A stretch of DNA of 63,522 nucleotides, the filler included, from Basidiobolus ranarum (lineage: Eukaryota): NCBI GenBank assembly GCA_040143965.1. It is 41 parts of 41 records of this genome, joined end to end, with 100 filler letters (N's around TTAATTAATTAA, not from the genome) between each part and the next. Parts side by side here need not be neighbours in the genome. Positions count along the whole stretch, not along the records: positions 10,904 to 12,359 come from JASJQH010005129.1; positions 12,460 to 13,915 come from JASJQH010005130.1; positions 14,016 to 15,470 come from JASJQH010005131.1; positions 15,571 to 17,025 come from JASJQH010005132.1; positions 17,126 to 18,580 come from JASJQH010005133.1; positions 18,681 to 20,134 come from JASJQH010005134.1; positions 20,235 to 21,688 come from JASJQH010005135.1; positions 21,789 to 23,241 come from JASJQH010005136.1; 33 more parts are not named here. One strand, written 5' to 3'. The notes under the pieces were generated by a model, which searched no databases, was not told the DNA's origin, and saw only the letters and a list, made by a program, of their open reading frames with translations. The position numbers and the translations under genes are program-made. Shown here piece by piece: positions 10,998-25,444 of this stretch (its first letter is position 1; the number at the start of each line of letters is the position of its first letter).

Positions 10998-12459
10998 CCT
11001 GAAATAATAGGTAGTATTGCCTTGACTGAACCTCAAACCAAGAGTATTTATACGAATGACCACGAGATAATTAACAGGATAAGAATATTGTATAGCGATG
11101 TGCAGTCAAAGTATAAGTTACCTGGATTATTCTAATATTCACGTAGAAAGACTATTACCTGTTGCGACGTCTCGTACTCTTCTAATACGAAAATAGATAT
11201 ATTGCTTTCACGGTCAAGTAATTAATTTCTCAAGTTACCTAGTGTTATATTATATATATTCGCTTATGAACTAGCGAAGACAGTGTATTCCTTATTCAAG
11301 AAGCGCTAATTTACCAATTGGATATATGGATAAGTAACCCGAGTTTAATCAATCCAAACCTGGTATTGGCTTCGAGATTCATACCAGTTTAAATATAGTT
11401 TGGGATGAGTAATTAAACTAACTCTATTACATGGAGTTGTTTAGAGCTAATGATTGCGTTGATTCTATGACTGTATCAAGTTCCGTGATTGGAACTTGAC
11501 TGCTACAGAAAGATTCACATTCTAGGACTTGAAGTATTGTTGAATGTTGCCAGAGCAAATATAACTTTCGAGAGCTGAGGTTGCGGCAATTCACTCACTT
11601 AGGAGAGCTTTATATAGTTAAAAATAGTTCATACACCTGAATAAAACCTATGTGTTTGCAATTTGAACCAATGGATTAATTTCTTGGAATGTGGGGAGTT
11701 AGCAATAGTCAGCCTTTAGGGCTCAGTCTTAGGGTTTGGAAGAGCTTCATCAAAAAGCACTGCAGTAATGGTGTACGGTCAGGATCAGAACTTGTAGCAC
11801 TTACTACTGAGAGTTCTCTAAAAGAGTATCGCAAATAAATGTTCTCGAAGGAACAATGTTAACTACAGTCACTTTGTAGGTTATATTTTATTTTCCTCGC
11901 TTGAAGGGAGCTAGTATCATTTGCAAGTGCAAATACATCGATTACAGTAAAACTATTTCCTATGGAACCCATTCAGTATGTATAGTAAAAGGATTCTTTA
12001 ATATCAGACTGAGCCCCAACAGCCAATGTCATACAGAGTATGCGAGCAGATAATACAGGAGACAGAGAGTATGACCATCACTGTTTGCAGCTTAGGTCTT
12101 TCAAAGGGATTAATCATTCACCTACATCATGAATACCTTTAACCACCTACGTTCTGTGCCTTTTTATTATACTGTTAATAGCTGGAATACATAATATATT
12201 TTTAGAATCTAGATTTAGTTTTCAGTTTTTATTACGGGAAGCGTTCGGCACTTAACAGATAATACATAAAATGTTTATGTATGCAAGAGAGATATGTGTA
12301 CCATGGGGTCCTGTACATTACTCGCTTGCCATGACAGAGCCTGTCTAATTCAACCCACGNNNNNNNNNNNNNNNNNNNNNNNNNNNNNNNNNNNNNNNNN
12401 NNNTTAATTAATTAANNNNNNNNNNNNNNNNNNNNNNNNNNNNNNNNNNNNNNNNNNNN

Positions 12460-13215
12460 TGAACGCTACAATGCTGTAGACTGGGGGAGAAACCTTGATG
12501 ATAGCAGCTCAACTGCTGGGTACACTTTTCTCTATCGTAATGGAGGAATAACTTGGAATAGTAAGAAGCATCCAACTATAGAACTTTCCACTACAAAAGC
12601 AGAGTATATGGCTATTGCTGCTACTACACAAGGAGCTACATGATTGAGTAGGTTATTTACAGACTTGAGACAAATGCAAAAATGTACTGTTACTGTATTT
12701 AAAGATTATCATAGTTACATGGAAAATGCTATAGCTGAGCTAGTGTATTGCCCTACTGAAGAAATGATGGCTGGTAATGTAACCAAACCTTTAGCTAAAG
12801 CATAACTTGAATTATTCAGATACAAGTTAGGTCTAAGTAAAATACAAAACAATTGGTTGAGTGGGAATGTTGAAATTAGTTGTATAACAACTGAGCTTTT
12901 TGTAGCTAATTTATTCATAATTTGATCATTCAGCACCCCATTGTGCCATTTAACACCATGTGTTTATTGCTTTAATTGAAAGAAATATCAATTAGATCAC
13001 TTTTACCGGTTTTCACTATTTTCTCAAAAAATCTCCAAATCACCTCATTTTATCACCATGCTTGAAAGGAATATTCTTTATGAATTAAGCACATCCAATA
13101 TTCTGATTTCATAGTAAACTATATAAGCAACATGTTCAAATCTATAATACCTAAGTGTCTCAATCACAAATCCAATTATTGCCCAAAGCACTTCAAAATC
13201 CTCTAAACATTTTCC
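12460..13215 (+). mobile_element. Copia RNase H, PPT and 3' LTR
   Basis: ITWNSKKHPTIELSTTKAEYMA; GAGTGGGAA then TGTTGAAATTAG at ~12868. Confidence 0.85.
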
Positions 13216-14015
13216 TTTTGCCATATCAAAACTGGAAAACTGGAAACTTGGATTGTTAGAGCTGCTGTCACTTGCTCTGATGATGAGTGGCTTAACAAGT
13301 TAGAAATTCTGAAGAATCTTGCCTGAAATTGTCTTAATTTGAGCTAATTGTGGAGACTTCCCTAAGTAGGCAATTATTGACTTGGAAAAGACAGAAAAGC
13401 AGCACAAAATGTACTCAAGAAGCTGGAAACTAGTAAACGCATTGGAAAAGATAAGAAGCTAGTGGCTTCAAACTATACTGTCCACATTCCAAATTCATTG
13501 TGCCAACACAAAATTGACATTTCCAGATTCAGATATTCTAGCAGGTATGCAGGCAAAAAGGCCTATCTTTACCATAGGACTAAGTGCACCAGTTGGAAGA
13601 GTGTTAATTACCAAGGTTTATCCAACCTGTGGCATCTCTCATTAAGTCAACACTGTTGCAATTAGGTTAATAGCAACTCTTTATTTAGTAGTTAGTATAT
13701 TCATACTATGATTATTTATCACTCAATTGTGCCATTCAACAATCTATGTTTATTGTTCAAACTGATAGAAATAAGCAATTAGATCACTTTTACCAATATT
13801 CACAATTTCATGAAAACTTCTCCAAATGATATCTAATTTTCACCCATACTTAACAGGCTTGCTTGTTATGATCTAAGCATGTCCAATATTCTATATCACT
13901 GTAAAATAGAAATAGNNNNNNNNNNNNNNNNNNNNNNNNNNNNNNNNNNNNNNNNNNNNTTAATTAATTAANNNNNNNNNNNNNNNNNNNNNNNNNNNNN
14001 NNNNNNNNNNNNNNN

Positions 14016-14309
14016 GGCAGAGTGAAGCCAGACAACACCAACAGCATCACCAATCTTAAGATCCTTGACGTTGCTACCGAGGGCAACAACTCTACCAGCA
14101 CCTTCGTGACCACCAACCAAAGGAAGCTTGGTAGGAATAGGCCAGTCACCTTCAGCGGCATGGAGATCAGTGTGGCAAACACCGGTGTATTCAATCTTTA
14201 CCAGAACATCATCGGGACCTGGAGTAGGGACGGAAATGGTCTTAATCTCAACTGGTTTCTCGTGAGATTCGATGACAGCGGCTTTTTGAGTCTTAGGAAT
14301 TTGGCACAT
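14016..14309 (-). CDS. adh1: Zn-dependent alcohol dehydrogenase, N-terminal part
   Basis: IPKTQKAAV, GVCHTDLHA.GDWP, PLVGGHEGAG, GVVWLHSA: fungal ADH1-type. Confidence 0.95.
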
Positions 14310-15470
<1,161 letters not shown>

Positions 15471-15570
15471 NNNNNNNNNNNNNNNNNNNNNNNNNNNNNN
15501 NNNNNNNNNNNNNNTTAATTAATTAANNNNNNNNNNNNNNNNNNNNNNNNNNNNNNNNNNNNNNNNNNNN

Positions 15571-17025
15571 GCCTTACCTAATGGAAGAAAAACTATTGGT
15601 AATAGATGGGTGCAGAAACTGAAACTTAACTCAGATGGATCCATCAACTGGTACAAAGCAAGATTAGTAGTAAAAGGCTATGCTCAGAAGCATGGCATTG
15701 ACTATGATGAAACATTTTCTCCTGTTGCTATGTTTACCTCTATCAGAGTAAACCTAGCCATTGCTACCCACCAAGGTATGCTGATTGAACAAATGGATGT
15801 CAAGACAGAATTTTGTAATGGAGAAATTAATGAAGATATACATATGGATCAACCAGAGGGATATATTCCAAAAGGAAAAGAACATCAAGTATTCAAATTA
15901 CAGAGAAGTCTATATGATCTGTAACAAGCTCCTTGTTCATGGAATACCAAAATCAATCTGATCTTCATGAAGCATCTTTTCCATTATAGCAAAGCTCATC
16001 ACTGCATATACTTCAAGACTATCAAAGCCACCACAGCTATAATTGCTCTCTATATTGATGATATCATAATAGTAAGTATTTGCTCAAATCTGATGAAACA
16101 AACTAAGACTTGGCTATCTACTGAGTTTAAAATGCCAGATCTTGGATCACTAGCATATTGTCTTGGAATGCAGAAACATCAAAACTGCACTATTGGAACA
16201 CTCTGTATTACACAGAAAAATATATTGGCGATGTTTTAAACAGATTCAGTATATCAGAATGTAGAACAGCTTCAAATCCACTATGTATGCTGAAACTCAC
16301 TAAGGATACAAAACCAACAACCTCTGAAGATATTGAAATCATGAAACATATTCCTTACAGTAGTGCAATTGGAAGTCTGATATATGCAACAACTGGTACC
16401 AGGCCTGATATTGCTACAGCAGTAAGTATACTAATCAAATATATGGAGAATCCTGCAATGGAACATTGGATAGTTATGAAACAGATAATGCACTATCTGA
16501 AAGGAAAAATACATCATGGAATTCAATTTAGTACGCAGTGCAACATGTCGCTTATTTTGGAAGGATATGCTGATGCAGGCTGGGCTATTGATACCAAAGA
16601 CCATAAGTCCAAAAATGGATACATGTTAAGCTAGCAGGTAGGCCAATAAGCTGTATTTGCAGGAAACAACAAACTGTTGCATTATCAACTGCAGAAGCAG
16701 AATCTATGGCAAGCTCTATGGCTGTTCAAGAAGCAATATGGCTAAGAAGTCTTCTCAAGGAACTAGGATATGAAAAATTAATCCTACCCCAATATATCAA
16801 GAAAATATAAGTTTTATTCAGATCTCCAAAAATCCTGAGCATCACTCATAAATGAAACAGATTGACATAAGACATCATTTAATACAAGAGAAAGTTCAAG
16901 ATAAGAAGTGAACTTTATTATTGTAATACTGAAAACATGCTTGCAGATATACTAACAAAACCACTGAAAACTTCAAGCTTTGAGAGTTAAGAGCAGCAAT
17001 AGGTATTAGTGAATATAAGCACAAT
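15571..17025 (+). mobile_element. Degenerate Copia reverse transcriptase-RNase H
   Basis: [55 protein letters not shown]; stops and frameshifts. Confidence 0.95.
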
Positions 17026-17125
17026 NNNNNNNNNNNNNNNNNNNNNNNNNNNNNNNNNNNNNNNNNNNNTTAATTAATTAANNNNNNNNNNNNNNNNNNN
17101 NNNNNNNNNNNNNNNNNNNNNNNNN

Positions 17126-17897
17126 ACTTTTCCATCTTTATATTGAAGAATTTTTGTCTGAGAAAGAGTCTATAAGCAAGACTGTTTACTTCATAACACT
17201 CTTCCAATATAGTCCAAGCTTGATGTGAAGTCTTTGCATATTGAATTTTCACAAGTTGTGAATCCTTCAAACTTTGACAAATAACATTAAAGGCCTTCTT
17301 ATCTCTTTTCTTGTAAGCTTCCAATTAAGAAGGGTCAGAAGGTTCCTTTTCATCTCCAGAGACTACTTCCCAAAGCTCCCTATTTTCCAGCATGGTTTGC
17401 ATCTTGAACTTCCCAAAATTGTAATTTTCTCCATCAAGCTTTTCAACACTTGAGTTAATAAAAGTGGTAGTAGTGGTTTCTGTCATGCTGTAAAGGTTAG
17501 AACACAGGGCTCATAACCTATTGTCAAAATATGGGCTGTTTGGAGGAACTTTAGAAAAGTGGAGTTGTTAATAGCTTTGTGAGATGATTATTTATTTTCC
17601 AGAAATAAAGCATTTGTACATTTTGATCGAAGTACAGAAAACTAACACTGGGGTTGTGTTCAAAATATTCTGTGGGAGTAAAAAGAGCTATCTTTGGGGC
17701 AATTTGGATGAGTTTGAAATTTCCAATATGGAATTGCTAATTCTCACATTATTCACATATACATAAAATATATGTTCCGGTTTTCAGCTAAGGGATATTT
17801 GACTGAGTAATGTTAACTAACTTATATTTGATATATGAGATAGTTAGGTGTATAAAGATAGAGATAACAAATATGATAAAGACAATAAACTTCAACA
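17126..17897 (-). mobile_element. Copia 5' LTR, primer-binding site and gag start
   Basis: LTR begins TGTTGAAG; PBS GGTTATGAGCCC at 17507-17518 (half-tRNAiMet type); gag ATG at 17486, ...EKLDGENYN..KFKMQTMLENRELWEVV. Confidence 0.85.
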
Positions 17898-18709
17898 AGT
17901 CTCACTTTATATCTCTCTACAGATCCATCAGCTTGCTGTTTAACTTTAAACACCCATTTGCATCCAATTGATTTTTGGCCCTCAGGTAACTTAACCAAAG
18001 TCCAACTTTGGTTATTGCTAATTCTCACATTATTCACATATATATATAATATATATTCCAATTTTCAGTAAAGTGAGATTTGACTAAGTGATGTTAGCTA
18101 ACCTATATGTGATATGTGAAAAAGTTAGGTGTATAAAGACAGAGATAACAAATATGATAAAGACAATAAACTTCAACAAAACCTAACCAATCATGTCATC
18201 CCACACATAGTGTATTTCCACCAAGACCTTCAATGGAAGTTCACCTGATCATCCTTACATCATCCCCCTTTGTATTGGTCGTGGTAGTCCCCAACACCCT
18301 AACACTTGAACTTGCCACAGTATATTCCCTATTCAGTATATTATGTTTCACCTGCAATATCTATATAAGCCCCATGTATACCTTGATCAGACCTCAGTCT
18401 GATCAATGCCTGTTATCAATACAGATTCTTGCCAAAGTATCTTCCTTGTCCAGTCTTGTCTTGTCTTGTGGTCTACACCCACATACTCTCCTGCCTTCCA
18501 GCCTCTTGTCATTGTTTCCAGTCCATGTCCAGTTCCTTATTGTGACAGTTTGATTAGACTACTTACACTTGCCTGTGGACNNNNNNNNNNNNNNNNNNNN
18601 NNNNNNNNNNNNNNNNNNNNNNNNTTAATTAATTAANNNNNNNNNNNNNNNNNNNNNNNNNNNNNNNNNNNNNNNNNNNNGACACTGTCTCAGAATCTGA
18701 TGAACAAAC

Positions 18710-20134
18710 TTGCTATTGACCATAAGCCTAACATTATATTGCTACATGGGATCAGTTGGAGCCAGAGCTTCCCATTAGGCACTATGCACCTACTATTCAA
18801 CAACATTCCAATACTACTTACTCAGCTTTATAGTTGAGAATTGAACATGAATGAGCCATTTGAGATTGGATCAAAGTTTGAATCACTTGGGAAAATGCCT
18901 GAAAATGTCACAACACCATCATATTTTACCAGGTTTCCCATCAATATCCATTCATCTAGACATTAATTCAAATGCAAAGTCTGGAAGTATTGGATTTGTA
19001 TATATTGAAGTGAAATTTTGAAGAAATTTCTGTGTGATGAGTATCAGCAACATTGGGAGTTGTTTGTTGATATTGTTAATATATTCTTATGGCATCAACG
19101 CGCATTGGCAGATCTCAGGAAGATACAGCAACTGTGCAAAGATTTTGTAATTGGATATAAAAAACTTTGTTAAAGGTTCAAAGAAGATTGACTGAATCTA
19201 TGCTGGTATTCAATACATTCCTTGCTGCATCTGTCAAAATGCTTAGAGATTATAGGCCCTTGCTATATATTCTGGGAGTTCCCAATGGAGCACACCTGTG
19301 GTGAAATGATGCTTCATGAAAAATTTTCAGTACTAGCATATGCTAATCTGATTAACAATGTATCAGCAAAATCAGTGTTGGATGTAATATGTTGGGTCAA
19401 GGAGACTCCAGAGTATATTAACCTTCCAAAAAAAGGCTCTTTCCAATGTGCTCATGGGCTTTTGCATTGTTTGAGCACAATAACAGCAACAAAGCCCAAT
19501 CCATGGACACAGAGTAAGTATCTCTACAACTTGGACTAATTTGTTTGTGTGATAATCTGATGTATTTTTAGGAAAGCTGGAAGACAGACTTGTTAGTGTG
19601 ATATATCAAGATACACAGTATTATCATTTAAGCCATTGGGTATTCCATTCAAGCAATGACATTTCTACTTGTGGCAGGACATTTGTTGACTGCAAATTAG
19701 GGATATACTGGCTGAATTCTTTATGGAAATTTGCCAAAATCCAACTGCTTATCCTAATTGCAAATGGTAACAAGAGTCAGCTGCTTGCCAAGTGTCAATG
19801 CTATTCCAAATTTCAGATATTTAGCAATTTTTCCACCATTAGTTTGCTGATAAAGCATATTAAGGTTGTTGAGTTATTTCTAATCAGTTGAGTATGTGCA
19901 TATTTAGAGACTAAATACAGCAAGATTCTTGTACTTTTTGATCCTCATTATGGCTGGAATACAAAGCATGAAATATCTAAATAAAGTCATGCATATTAAT
20001 TCAAATTCATACAGCAGTAAACTTGGTAATTTGCCATTCAAAAATCATATTTTTGCAAAAATTGCCAGATATTGAATAGCAATGCCAAGCTTGAGGATCA
20101 ATATTTATCATGTATGAATACCATCAATATAACA
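18710..20134 (+). mobile_element. Degenerate CMC/EnSpm transposase, 3' half
   Basis: Colinear with 29910-31002; IHSLLHLSKCLEIIGPCYIFWEFPME. Confidence 0.85.
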
Positions 20135-20234
20135 NNNNNNNNNNNNNNNNNNNNNNNNNNNNNNNNNNNNNNNNNNNNTTAATTAATTAANNNNNNNNNN
20201 NNNNNNNNNNNNNNNNNNNNNNNNNNNNNNNNNN

Positions 20235-20574
20235 TGAACAATCTCAGTCTGAGGACCAAACTCAAGAAGCTCCCTCCTATACCACTACTCCTGCTTCATG
20301 GAATGTTGACTTGAGTCAACTCCAGCCCAAACAAGCGCTACTCGACGAGGTGAAAGGCCACGCATCCCAAGGTAGTCAAGCACTGTCCGACTCGAATCAA
20401 TTCGATCAAACCCAGTTGGTTGACCAAACTGTGTATCAACCAGCACAACAACCTCAACCTCCAATAATCATTCCTCAGTGGCCAATGCACCGACCCAGAA
20501 AAGCCTACAAGAAGTACAAGAAATTTGCTCACCGTTCTTTCAAGATTAGATATTTCAGCGGTAACAGACACTAA
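20235..20574 (+). CDS. 3' part of secreted Gln/Glu-rich protein with cationic C-terminus (upstream tandem copy)
   Basis: Open frame to TAA at 20574; first 118 nt repeat 21571-21688 with two synonymous differences. Confidence 0.8.
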
Positions 20575-21265
20575 ACCTTCATCCTTTTCACTCACTATTC
20601 TCATAACGGCTTGCAATTATGGATATAAAACCTCAATACTCAATAAAGTAATTCGAATGTTAACACTAGCAAGCCATGATAAAGTATCAATAGCATCAAA
20701 CGAACTAATAGGTGGTGTATTAGAAAATAGAAGTTACGATGTTCAGATATCTGAGCACACTTGGCAAATGCTACTATAAAAGGGAGAAATACTTCGTTAC
20801 TAGTTTCAAAAATACATAGTGAAAACCTTATATACCGTAGTCATTGTCACAGGAAGAGAACAAGCTACTACTTGTTATATTTGTCAGACCCGTAATGGTA
20901 GGTCTCGCTCGCGTAAATATATTTACAGTGAAGACAAATTGATGATTGAGTCAGGCAATAATACTAAAAACTGCCTGCATACGTTTGTAAACAAGTCAGC
21001 CATAATTTTCATATCACCATAGCTGTCTCGTTGAACCAATTGATGCTCATTAATCAAATGATACATACCGTTAGGTAAAGGTAGTTCGATTTAGTAGGCT
21101 ACTTGATAGCTTATTATGTACCTATTAGAAAAAGATCAGTAGGTAGATTATGAGGCTCTTCAGATAGCACTTGTTGGGCTGGCATCACTAGTATAAATAT
21201 GTCTAGTTCCCATTAGTCGATACTCATTCAGTTCCTAGCTCATCAGCATTTTCTATTCAGTATCT

Positions 21266-21688
21266 ATGCAAGCTATTCTACTCACTTTGATTTCTTCTTG
21301 CGCACTGATTCAAGGAGCACTGGCAGCACCACTCCATAGCCTACCAGGTTTTGCAAATGCGGTGGCACAAACCACTTACAAAAACAGATCTTGTGGACAA
21401 CAGACTGAGCCTTGCGATGTACAACCTCAATACCAGGCAACTCCTCAAGTGAGAGAGTACAGTTATGCCCAACCACAAGCAATGTCAGTGTATCAACAGA
21501 ATGAAGAACAGCCAGCAGACGAGGAGTCTACTCCTGATCAAGGCCAAATGGAACAGGCTCCCGCTGAAGATGAACAATCTCAGTCCGAGGACCAAACTCA
21601 AGAAGCTCCCTCCTATACCACTACTCCTGCTTCATGGAATGTTGACTTGAGTCAACTCCAGCCCAAACAAGCGCTACTTGACGAGGTG
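21266..21688 (+). CDS. 5' part of secreted Gln/Glu-rich protein (downstream tandem copy)
   Basis: Signal peptide MQAILLTLISSCALIQGALA|AP; TATAAAT at 21192. Confidence 0.85.
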
Positions 21689-21788
21689 NNNNNNNNNNNN
21701 NNNNNNNNNNNNNNNNNNNNNNNNNNNNNNNNTTAATTAATTAANNNNNNNNNNNNNNNNNNNNNNNNNNNNNNNNNNNNNNNNNNNN

Positions 21789-23130
21789 CCATATCAAGCT
21801 TGGTTTGGAGTTAAACCTGATGTAAAACATTTGAGGATCTTTGGATGCATTGCTTATGTCAAAATTATGACCAAAAATTGGTCTAAATTTGATCCAAAAA
21901 GTAAGAAATGCATATTTCTGGGTTAATGTACTAAAACTAAGGCCTACTGACTCAATGATACCAAAATTTCCAAGTTAATCAAGTCCAGGGATGTTTTGTT
22001 TAATCAAAATGAAAAACTTTCACCCAAAAAGACCTCAGTTGATGACAAAAATCAATTTTCTGCTGATCCAATCATTCAAATTGCTTCAAACCAAAACAAT
22101 GAAGAAAATAGCATTCCTGTGGACCCTTCAACCAAAATGTTGCCTACTGAAGTGCCCAATACAATGCCAGGAGTTGTAACACCTTTATCCCAAACCAGGA
22201 GATCAAATTGATTCAGAAATTGCCCTGATTACTATATCAATGAGGCCCAAATTTGGGCCTATGCCTTCACAGCTCAAATACAGGAACCCCAGACTGTAAA
22301 AGAGGCCCTAAATGGCCCTCAAACAAAATTTTGGAGATCTACAATGGCTGATGAGTACTAGGCTTTGATTGATAATCAAACTTGGATTTTAACCAACTTA
22401 CCTGATGATAGAAAATCAATTCACTGCCAATGGGTGTTTAAAGTCAAATACAACTCTGATGGAAATATAGAAAGGTACAAGGCTAGACTAGTAGCCAAAG
22501 GCTATTACCAAACACTAGGAATAGATTATACAGAAACTTTTGCTCCTGTAGCAAAGGTCAATTCAATTAGATTGATTTTAGCAATTTCAGCTAAATATCA
22601 GTTTGTTATACCTCAAATGGATGTTAAAACTGCCTTTTTGAATGGTGAGCCCAAAATTTGGGTGAATTAAGTCATACTTTTCAATCTAAATTAACAGATA
22701 AAACCAATCAGAAACTGATGTTAAATCAGTCCAGATACATCCTACACATCATAAATGCTTTAACATGGAGAATAGCAAGCCTATATCAATGCTAATGGAT
22801 CTCAATGTGAAGTTAATCAAAATTTCAGCCAATTTGGCCCAAAATGACTCAAATCAAATCCAGGAGCTCCCTAATCAATCCATGGGTAGTTCAATATATT
22901 CAATGCTTTTTGTCCAGACATTGCTATGGCAGTGGGAACCCTCAGCTAATATCTCAAAAAGCCAGGATCAGAGCACAAAACTTCAGTAAAACAATTATAT
23001 GAAATACTGTGGCACTTCTGATGCATAAATATTTGAAGGCTACAGTGATGCAGACTGGCAAAGATTTCTTGATGATAGAAGATCAACAACTGAGTACACT
23101 TCTCTCTTTGGTAATGGAGCCATAACTTGG
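21789..23130 (+). mobile_element. Internally deleted Copia integrase-tail/RT fragment
   Basis: HLRIFGCIAYV, EPQTVKEAL, RYKARLVAKGY, QMDVKTAFLNG. Confidence 0.92.
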
Positions 23131-23449
23131 AATTGATAAAAGTGTTTAGGGGATTTGGAAGTGTTTTGGACAAGATTTGGATTTGTGAATTAGACACTTA
23201 AGTTTTATTGAATTGAATATGTCCTATTTATAGTTTACTATNNNNNNNNNNNNNNNNNNNNNNNNNNNNNNNNNNNNNNNNNNNNTTAATTAATTAANNN
23301 NNNNNNNNNNNNNNNNNNNNNNNNNNNNNNNNNNNNNNNNNAACTGAAAAATTGGAGAAAGATATTTTATGCCAAACATAGCCAGCAAAGCTATCAGTAA
23401 GTCAGAATACAGCCTAAGAACTTAACCTGTTGTTCCACCAGACTGGATG

Positions 23450-24794
23450 TAAGAATGAGCCATTTCATATAGGATCGAAGTATGAATGGACTGGGAAAGT
23501 GCTTGAAAATGTCAAGATACCATCATATTTTTCCAGGACTCCCATCAATATCCACTGATCTAGGCGTTTATTCAAATGCAAAGACTGGAAGTACTGGATT
23601 TGTATATATTCAAGTGTAATCTTGAAAATATTTCTGCCTGATAAGTATTGTCAACATTGGGAGTTGTTTGTGGAAATTAATGATATATTCTTATGACATC
23701 AACTCACATTGGCAGATCTCAGGCAGATACCGGGACTGTGCAAAGATTTTGAAATTGGTTATGAAAAACTTTATTAGAGGTTTAAGGAAGATAGACTGAA
23801 TCTATGCCGGTATTCAATGCATTCCCTGCTGCATTTTCACAAAGCATAGAGATTATAGGCCCTTGCTGTACATTCTGGGAGTTCCCAATATAGCACACCT
23901 GTGGTGAAGTTATGCTCCATGTGAAATGTCAGTATTACCATATGCTAATCTGATTAATAATGAATTGCCAAAATCAGTGATAAATGTTATGCAATGGGTT
24001 AAAGAGAATGATCAAAAACTGAGATTTGAGATGATAAATTTGCTTTTTCCTCAAATATCACATCTCTGCACTTAATAAGCATATGATTTTTGGTAACAAA
24101 CAGTCTATAGGTCTTAGATCTATCACAGTAACAGAAAAATATACATTCTCTCCATTTCGGTTCCAATATAGAGTGTTTTTGAGCTGGAGCTAGGCAATAT
24201 GGTGTGCAACCAAAGATCCTGAGATGATCCACATTGGGTTTTGATCCTTATACCCTAACAGATATTTGAGGATTGTTATTGTAGGAAAACTGTCACAATT
24301 TTAATCCATTTGGGATTGACCATTTACTTAATATCATAAAATTGACAAGTTAGATTTGATTTTAATCAATTTTTTCAGTTTCATGAGTGAAATTTCAAGA
24401 TCTTGCAAAATAGTTGCAAATGATTGGCTAAAATCTCAGAGAACTATGGATCAACACATGTGCTAAGAATGTAACTCAAATTTTGCACAATTAACACTTG
24501 AATGCTAATTTGTCACCTTTGAAATCCCTAGTCTTTTTGATATATTCTCCTGAATATTTATATAGAGTTCTTCATACCCAAGGTTTAGCTCATACCCAAC
24601 ACAAGTTTGTGTCAATATCTCCATCAAAGCCCACCAGTGTATTAATGTTGCTGAATCAACATTCTTCCAGCTATCTGGCAGATACCCTGCAATATTGTGC
24701 CACTCTACATAAAGTTCTTCCCAGATATATGCATGGTCAGCACCAGACTGAATGTCAAGTTGAATGTTCTTCATCTGAAGCCACTTTCCTCATA
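23450..24794. mobile_element. Nested CMC/EnSpm transposase, Copia SH3 region and CMC terminus
   Basis: Homology to 30040-30590; HLRIFGCTPY at 23999-24232 on minus; CCCTAACAG at 24253. Confidence 0.8.
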
Positions 24795-24970
24795 NNNNNN
24801 NNNNNNNNNNNNNNNNNNNNNNNNNNNNNNNNNNNNNNTTAATTAATTAANNNNNNNNNNNNNNNNNNNNNNNNNNNNNNNNNNNNNNNNNNNNAAACCA
24901 GGATGATTTTTATTTGAAAAGATATAGCTCCTATTTATACTTTTCTGAAGGTAGATATGATTACTAATGA

Positions 24971-25200
24971 GAATTTCCGGAAAGTTCCAGAGAATTCTAT
25001 TGGTGAGGATCTGGGATTATGATATCATCATAAATCATGAGATTAGTAATCCATGGAATGTTCCGGAAGGTTGTAGAATAATCCAGAAAGTCATGGAATG
25101 TTCCGGCAAAATCAACTTTTGATTGGTCAAAATTCAATCAATTATCAAATATTCCAAGAATATTGTGGAATGTTCTGGAATATTGTAGAATTTTCCAGAA
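24971..25200. promoter_or_regulatory. Array of heat-shock-element-like alternating nGAAn/nTTCn pentamers in a probable repeat/LTR
   Basis: GAATTTCCGGAAAGTTCCAGAGAATTC; GGAATGTTCCGGAAGGTT; GGAATGTTCTGGAATATTGTAGAATTTTCCAGAA. Confidence 0.55.
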
Positions 25201-25444
25201 AATAATAGGGCTAATGTGGGTTAATATTGATAAATCTGAAGTAATGGGAGATAATACTAATAGTGTGATATGATTGGCTAGAAAATATGGGTAAGTCAAA
25301 TAAGGATAATAAAATAGAAATTGTGCAATAGTAATGATATGAGCTTGGAGTGGAAATTTGTCAACCTGCCAGTGGGTAGCAATGCTACCCCACTACACCG
25401 TTCCTTGCTACAAGCCTGGAACAAGTGATAAAGACTTGTAAGCT

